Source: Chlorokybus atmophyticus
Lineage: Eukaryota > Plantae > Mesostigma and Chlorokybus algae
Assembly: GCA_009103225.1 (NCBI GenBank)
Contig: RHPI01000408.1
Span: 1 to 15,984, forward strand
Length of the DNA: 15,984 bases
Direction of reading: 5' to 3'
Position 1 is the first letter of the stretch; every line of letters begins with the position of its first letter. Made by a program: the position numbers and the translations under genes. Shown piece after piece: positions 10,166-15,984 of this stretch. The notes beneath the pieces are model-generated. The model was not told where the DNA came from. It searched no databases and worked only from the letters and a program-made list of their open reading frames with translations.

Positions 10166-10394
10166 TGTTGTGCAAGGAAGCCTCCCCTGCGAGGTATATC
10201 TCGCAGCGGGGTGTGCACGAAAGTGCACATGTATTAGGAGTGAGAAATGCTGCAAGGCAGCATGCGGGCCACGACGCGGGGAGAGCTGCGGTAGTAATGT
10301 GCATATCAGTGGCGTAGTGGGTGCAGGAGACAGTGGAGAGGAATAACAGCTGTATGGTTTTTAAAGCTTGATATTTAATAGTAATCATCCAAGA
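10166..10394 (-). mobile_element. 3' LTR of the decayed Ty3/gypsy element (229 bp)
   Basis: Lies directly downstream of the gypsy pol remnant and of a G7-AG polypurine tract (10397-10405 on -). Termini are TGTTG...CAAGA (decayed CAACA). The boundaries are corroborated by where similarity to the 9272-9504 copy starts and stops. Confidence 0.7.
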
Positions 10395-12074
10395 AGCTCC
10401 CCCCCGGCCTGGTCATCGTCGTCCCGACGATGAGCCTGGCACCAATGGTAGCGCCATGAAAGCTCCGCTGAAGTTGTGGCGACACTGGGCTCAACTGCAA
10501 CAGGTGCGACACTGAGGCTGCAAGCCTCATGCCATTATTCCCAGCAGGTTTCACATTCCTTTGGCAGTTGGTCGAACGCAGCGCAGCCTGCGCACTTTGT
10601 AATGCGCACTCGCAGGCAAGGATTGCTTAGGCCTTCGACATACAGGAGGTGGCAGGGGAAGCAGATCTGCACGTGGTCCATTGTAATGTTGCCCAAGGGG
10701 TTACGTAGGGACAGGGTGCCTTGTGCGCGCATTTCAACAACCTTGTACACCATGCCATAGTTGGCGGGGGCCAGAATGTCAGTGGTCTGCTTCTTGCGAT
10801 AAACGTAGTCCCCTCAATGCAACTTGTGGCCATGGGAATTGTACTTGCCGCTGCGTGCGTCCGCATAGCGGCGCTTGTCTCGCGATTGTGCGGACCGGAG
10901 GTTTGCCAAGGCGGTGGGTACAGCTGCTTTGAGCAGCTTCGCGTGTGCCGTGAGCACATCCATCATGTGGGTTGGCCTATCGATGATGTCTTCAACTGCT
11001 TCGGTGGCATGGCAAACGCGAAACGGAAGTAATGGCTCCTAAACATGCGGAAGTATGGGCTGAAGGACCACAAAGCTGCCTGCAAAGTGCAACGGTAGCC
11101 CAGCGCCAAGGCAAAAAGTCATCCCATTCATGTGTTTAAGAAAGACAGTAGCGCCGTAGGGCTTTCTTGACTGTTTGCGCCATTTTGCAAGCCCGTTGGC
11201 TTGCGGGTGGTCATGGCTTGTGCTTAATAAGTGACCGGATAAGCAGCACGTCAAATTCTCCTCTTCAAATTCTCTGCCTTGGTTAGTGAGAAGTTCGGCA
11301 CAGGCGCCAAACCGACTGAGGACATGGTCAAGAAAGACCCGAGTTACTGTTTTGCTGACTTGTCTGGCAGAGGAACCAGCTCGACCCATTTGCTGAAGTA
11401 GTTATCGGCGACGAAAATCGTACACATTTCTGCGACGCATGGGTGGCAGCTCTCCTGCCAAGTCTTTAACGCATCATGAATGATGGCCAACGCACGGAGG
11501 TACTACCTCCACCAAGCCGGCATGCCTCCATTATCGCTAACCTTCATCACCAGCTGGTCACTTTGGCATGAAGCGCATCGCCCACATAATGCGCAGCGAC
11601 CACCGTAGTAGTATCAATGCGACGGTTCACAGAAAGGTTGCCAATGTCCTGGAGGCAGTGCCGCTCCTGTGATCGTATTTGGGCCAGCTTTTCACATCGT
11701 CACCCACAGCTGCACCCTCTCCCAATTGTGGGTCTGGGCTATTGCTGGAGCATTGGGTGTCGTTGTCCCAGGTGTAATTCTTAGCTCGGTGTTGTGCGCG
11801 GTCCGCTTCCTTGTGACAAAGGCCGCTGGGCAGGGCCCCTGTTTTGATCAGCAAAGTAGGCTCATCTGTCCAGATGTCTCTTTCGCTTGCAGGCGGTATG
11901 GTGGCGCCTGAATGGCCTAGACAATTGCGAGGTGCTCCCCTTCATAACTGCTATAATTGGCTTCAGCGGCGTTATTGCTCTGACTGGCGTAAGCAGTGAC
12001 CTGTCCCTGGCCGTTGTCGTTCTTCTGGCATAGTATCGCGCCCAGACCAGGCCGGCTGCAATTTGTGTGCAGGA
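10395..12074 (-). pseudogene. Decayed Ty3/gypsy pol 3' half: RNase H, integrase and C-terminal PHD finger
   Basis: Minus-strand translation across stops and frameshifts gives: RNase H LHTNCSRPGLGAILCQ...AYASQSNNAAEANYSSYEGEHLAIV*AI (12074 to ~11910); integrase core FLDHVLSRFGACAELLTNQGREF...HPQANGLA and GYR...FSPYF (11389 to ~11040); C-terminal ANLRSAQSRDKRRYA..RSG.Y...GDYVY..., HVQICFPCHL; then a PHD-like C-x2-C-x9-C-x2-C-x4-H-x2-C (10594-10520). The RNase H-then-integrase order is the gypsy order. Confidence 0.88.
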
Positions 12075-12498
12075 TGTTGAAGGACTAGCATGCACATGTA
12101 GTTGAGGCAAGCATAGACACACAGAGACAGAGCTACCGCCACCAGAGCATACACAAGTCACATCACATTCATCTATTACAAGTTGTCCGCTGGTTCTTAT
12201 ACCAGCCAGTTACACACACGTCTACATTTGCAAGCACTGCGTAAGCTATACTCAGCCTTTTGACGCGCTCTAAGCTGCGTTGTCTTCCTTACAACCAGAG
12301 CTTTTCAACAAGCTCTTACACGCCTAATATGAGTAAGTATACGCGGAGATACGAAGCAGTTAGTAAGGCTCCAGTCTGGAGTCCGGAGTTTGGTCCGACG
12401 ATGCCATCTTGCTAAGTCCGGACCTAGTGCTCGTCCTTACGACCTTCTACTCCTGTGTGGAGGGTCGATGCTGATCGTATGTAGGAATACTCTCAACA
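12075..12498 (-). mobile_element. 3' LTR of the Ty1/copia element (424 bp)
   Basis: On - it starts TGTTGAGAG right after a PPT-like GCGTGGGAG (12507-12499), 42 nt after the pol stop. It ends CCTTCAACA, where gypsy RNase H sequence begins abruptly. The second LTR is outside the window, so the boundary is not confirmed by LTR-LTR alignment. Confidence 0.8.
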
Positions 12499-12540
12499 CT
12501 CCCACGCGAGCAGCTTGACCTCCAACGCTTGCTCCTGTAG

Positions 12541-15500
12541 TCAAACACAGATGCCAAGTCCTGCACAACAAGTCTTGAACTTGAGTGGTGACAATGGCTT
12601 TGTCATGAAGTCCGCCAGCATGCCCTCGGTGTTGCAGTACTGGAACTCCACCTCCTTCCTTGTGACTCTGTCACGCACAAAGTGATGCATGACATCAATG
12701 TGCTTCGTCCTTGCTGAGGCGATAGGGTGCTTCAACAACTTGATGGCTCCTTGGTTGTCACAGTTGATGACGATGCACGCCATGGGGTGCTCCAAGTCTG
12801 CCATGAGCTTGCGAAGCCAGAGTGCCTCCTTCACTGCTGCTGCCGCTGCCATGTACTCAGCCTCTGATGTAGATGCTGCTGTTGTTGGCTGCAGCCTGCT
12901 GTTCCAGCTCACCACGCCTCCGTTCAGCTTGAAGACGTAGCCTGTAGTGGACCTCCTGCTGTTGAGGTCACCAGCAAAGTCCGAGTCGCAGTAGCCCTCC
13001 AACTCAGTGCTCCCGCTCCCAAACTTGATGCCAACTGTTGCGCTCCCAGCAACATAGCGTAGTACTCCCTTTGCTGCTCTCCAGTGCTCCATGCTCGGTG
13101 CAGACATGTAGCGAGCAAGTACTCCCACAGCATGTGCAACATCGGGACGTGTGCACACTGCCAGATAGAGCATGCTGCCTACCAGCTCACCATATGGATA
13201 CTGAGCCTTGTCGAGTACCTCCTCATCCTTTGCCTTGATGAGGGCAGTGCCAAGTGCCAACGGTGTGGTCTTGGTCTTCGCTTCAGTGAGCCCAAACTTG
13301 GTGACGAGTCTTCTCACCATCTGCTCCTGACTGATCTTGATTGTGCGAGCCGCCCTGTCGCGCTCAATCACCATGCCAAGGAACCACTTGGCCTCTCCAA
13401 GATCACGAACTGAGAATGCTTGCTGTAGAGCAAGTTTCGTCTCCTGCAGGTGGTGCACCTGCCTGGCGGTGATGATGATATCATCAACATACACGAGCAG
13501 CCAGACCTTGTTGTCTGCATGGATGAAGAGCCCAGGGTCTGCAGAGGATGCGGTGAAGCCAAGTGCCTCCAGCTCCTTGGTGAGCTTGATGTGCCACATA
13601 CGCGGTGCCTGTCGCAGCCCGTACAGTGCCTTGATCAGCTTGCACGCTGTGCCTCTCTCCCCTTCTTCATATCCAGGTGGTTGCTCGATGAAGATCTCCT
13701 CCTCCAGCTCTCCGTAGAGGAAGGCAGTCTTCACGTCGAGGTGATGCAGCTTGAGGTCCTCAGCGGCAACCACAGCTAGCAGTGCACGGAAGGTGGTATG
13801 CTTACTTGCAGGTGCAAACACTTCGTTGAAGTCCACACCTTCCTGCTGCAAGAAGCCCTTTGCCACCAGTCTTGCCTTGTAGCGCTCAATGTTGCCCTGA
13901 CCATCACGCTTCACCTTGAAGACCCATTTCACTGGAATGGTCTTCACTCCTTGCGGTAACTGCTCCAGTGACCAAGTGTTGTTGGCATGGAGTGACGCAA
14001 TCTCCTCGTCCATAGCACGCTGCCATTGCTCCGCATCTGGTGCTAACAATGCCTCCTCGTAGGTGCTTGGCTCCTCATTCTGCACACTGGCGACGTGTGC
14101 CTTGTGTAAGAAGTCAGGTGCCTTTCTCTCCCTCACTGGGTATCTCCGAGCTGCGTGCTCCTGCTGCAGGTGCGACTGCTTGTCTGCTACAGTGGAGTCC
14201 TGCTCACCCTTATCGTCGATGATGGCCTTGCCTGTAGCCTCCACTGTTTCAGGATGCTCCGGCTGTGCTTCATCTTCAGGAAAGAAGCCTGCTTCTGGTT
14301 GTGATAATCCCTCGTGGAAAACCACCTCTCTGCTCACGATGATCTTCTGAGTGTCCTCGAGCAAGATCCTGTAAGCCTTGGAACCCGGTTCATAGCCAAC
14401 GAAGATGCCCTTCTTGCTGACCGGCTCCAGCTTGTGCCTGAGCTGTTTAGGCACTAGTGCATATGCCGTGCATCCAAACACACGCATACCACTCACATCT
14501 GGTGTGGCTCCATAGAAGTGCTCCCACGGAGTCTTCTGCTCTGAGCTCACCGGAGACCTGTTGCGGACGTAGTTGGCAGTGAGCACCGCCTCCTTCCACA
14601 AACTGTCTTGCATCTTTGTGTCGTTGAGCATAGCTCGAACACGCTCCAAGAGTGTCCTGTTGAGGCGTTCAGCTGCTCCATTCTGCTGCGGGGTGTAGGG
14701 TGCCGTTGTCTCGTGGCGTATGCCCTTGCTGGCGAAGAACTCCTTCAACTCCTTGTTGATATACTCCCCTCCTCGATCACTTCTCATTGCCTTCAACTTG
14801 TTGCCAGACTGGGTCTCCAACAAGGCCACGACTGTGCGTACAGCTCCAGCAACTTCAGACTTGAGCGTCAATGGAAAGATGATGGACAGCTTGCTGCAGT
14901 CGTCGAGGAATGTAGCAAAGTACCTGGCCCCTCCCTTCGCCACAATGCGCATAGGGCCACAGACATCCATGTGCACAAGCTCGCAAGGATGCTGACTGCT
15001 AGAAGAGGATGATGGGAATGGCATAGCATGCTGCTTTGCAACCAGGCATGGTTCACAAAGTGCACCTGATGCATTCTTGAGTTCTTCTGTGCTGAGATGG
15101 ATGCCCTTGACCATCTTCTCAGCGACAAGGCGAGTGAGGTTGACGTAGCTGAGATGCCCGAACCTTCGATGCCACAATGTTGGCGACTCCTTGTCCTTCA
15201 CCACCATGGCTTGAATGTCTCTGTCTCGAGGCTGCTCCACGTGGTAGAGCCCTCCCGGATCAGCGATTCCAACCATGTGCACGACCCCATCAAGGACGAC
15301 TGAGCAGCCACCCTTCCGAAATAGGATCTCCGCGCCTAAGCGCTCCGCAACCCTCACAGAGAATAGACTCGCAATAGCCTTAGGAACATGCAGGACGTTG
15401 CGTAACAACACCTCGCGTAGTGTGTTACCAACCTTGCATTGGAGTCGTACGTTGCCAACTCCCTCAGCCACCAGTACTTCACCACCGAAGCCCGCCACCT

Positions 15501-15984
15501 TGATTGTGGACGTCAGCTTCCTGTAGCCCTCCATCACCTGCTTGTTTAATGTGAGATGACGATCGCAGCCAGAGTCCACCACCCAGAAAGCTGTGCCCGC
15601 CCTCGAACTGGATGCAGTGAAGGCGACATGTTTCTCCTTGTGTTGGTGCTCGTTGCCGCTGTTGCTGGTGCTTGCTCTAGGTTGCCCCTGTTGTTTCTTC
15701 CTACAGTCCTTCACAATGTGCCCCTTCCAACCACACCAGTGGCATGTGAGGTCTTTGTGACGAGGATTGCCTGGCTTGTTGCCCTTGTACTTCTCTTCAT
15801 GGTTGCTCTTCTTTGCGTGCTTGCCGGTGTAGAAGGCGACGGCATCCGCTTGCTCGTCCTTCTTCACAACCCTCTGCTCCACGGTGAGCAGCTTCGGTAG
15901 CACATCGTCCAACGTCAACTCCGATGATGACGTCTCCAGCAGGGTTGCGACGACCTCGTACTCTGCTGGTAGCCCTGCAACAAT
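12541..15984 (-). CDS. Copia Gag-Pol polyprotein (5' partial, uninterrupted)
   Basis: The frame stays open from the window edge (IVAGLPAEYEVV...) to TGA at 12543-12541. Motifs: zinc knuckle CHWCGWKGHIVKDC (15744-15703); protease WVVDSGCDRH; HHCC WHRRFGH...CEPC; integrase LVHMDVCGP / RSDRGGEY / NGAAERLNR; RT LDVKTAFL, YGLRQAPRMW, LVYVDDII; RNase H YCDSDFAGD, SEAEY, CDNQGA, ADFMTKPL. Confidence 0.98.
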   Translation of the reverse strand: MVAGLPAEYEVVATLLETSSSELTLDDVLPKLLTVEQRVVKKDEQADAVAFYTGKHAKKSNHEEKYKGNKPGNPRHKDLTCHWCGWKGHIVKDCRKKQQGQPRASTSNSGNEHQHKEKHVAFTASSSRAGTAFWVVDSGCDRHLTLNKQVMEGYRKLTSTIKVAGFGGEVLVAEGVGNVRLQCKVGNTLREVLLRNVLHVPKAIASLFSVRVAERLGAEILFRKGGCSVVLDGVVHMVGIADPGGLYHVEQPRDRDIQAMVVKDKESPTLWHRRFGHLSYVNLTRLVAEKMVKGIHLSTEELKNASGALCEPCLVAKQHAMPFPSSSSSSQHPCELVHMDVCGPMRIVAKGGARYFATFLDDCSKLSIIFPLTLKSEVAGAVRTVVALLETQSGNKLKAMRSDRGGEYINKELKEFFASKGIRHETTAPYTPQQNGAAERLNRTLLERVRAMLNDTKMQDSLWKEAVLTANYVRNRSPVSSEQKTPWEHFYGATPDVSGMRVFGCTAYALVPKQLRHKLEPVSKKGIFVGYEPGSKAYRILLEDTQKIIVSREVVFHEGLSQPEAGFFPEDEAQPEHPETVEATGKAIIDDKGEQDSTVADKQSHLQQEHAARRYPVRERKAPDFLHKAHVASVQNEEPSTYEEALLAPDAEQWQRAMDEEIASLHANNTWSLEQLPQGVKTIPVKWVFKVKRDGQGNIERYKARLVAKGFLQQEGVDFNEVFAPASKHTTFRALLAVVAAEDLKLHHLDVKTAFLYGELEEEIFIEQPPGYEEGERGTACKLIKALYGLRQAPRMWHIKLTKELEALGFTASSADPGLFIHADNKVWLLVYVDDIIITARQVHHLQETKLALQQAFSVRDLGEAKWFLGMVIERDRAARTIKISQEQMVRRLVTKFGLTEAKTKTTPLALGTALIKAKDEEVLDKAQYPYGELVGSMLYLAVCTRPDVAHAVGVLARYMSAPSMEHWRAAKGVLRYVAGSATVGIKFGSGSTELEGYCDSDFAGDLNSRRSTTGYVFKLNGGVVSWNSRLQPTTAASTSEAEYMAAAAAVKEALWLRKLMADLEHPMACIVINCDNQGAIKLLKHPIASARTKHIDVMHHFVRDRVTRKEVEFQYCNTEGMLADFMTKPLSPLKFKTCCAGLGICV

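Larger units (their letters stand above)
12075..15984 (-). mobile_element. Ty1/copia LTR retrotransposon, 5' end beyond the window
   Basis: Single gag-pol ORF with the copia domain order PR-IN-RT-RH, followed by a PPT and 3' LTR. Confidence 0.97.

Noticed and set aside
9269-10346. Paralogous Cys-rich metallothionein/CXC-like peptides (9269..9457 and 10140..10346)
   Set aside because: They lie inside the two LTR copies. Most differences between the copies are non-synonymous and there is a 2-nt indel, consistent with non-coding DNA.
12689-15900. Numerous + strand and alternative-frame ORFs over the copia
   Set aside because: They are antisense shadows of the gag-pol frame.

Overview
Eukaryotic genomic DNA, most likely a green alga (inferred from the plant-type RWA gene, the style of the gypsy element and the GC3-rich exons). 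The window starts in (CCCTAA)n telomere-type repeats. It then contains: (i) a subtelomeric zone with a poly-C tract containing an N, a partly reconstructable spliced minus-strand coiled-coil gene or pseudogene, and a degenerate palindrome-rich repeat; (ii) an 11-exon RWA/Cas1p-type O-acetyltransferase gene on + (3315-6732, 559 aa) with one GC-AG intron; (iii) a convergent 3-exon dynein light chain LC8 gene on - (8408-7662, 89 aa); (iv) a compositionally odd orphan ORF (8705-8980); (v) nested LTR retrotransposons on -: an intact-looking Ty1/copia (3' LTR 12075-12498, gag-pol open to the window edge) inserted at the start of the RNase H of a decayed Ty3/gypsy that carries a C-terminal PHD finger, plus two diverged copies of the ~230-bp gypsy LTR. 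The RWA, LC8 and coiled-coil genes are not visible as single ORFs in the ORF track and were spliced by hand. All homology calls come from remembered family motifs; no database search was run.
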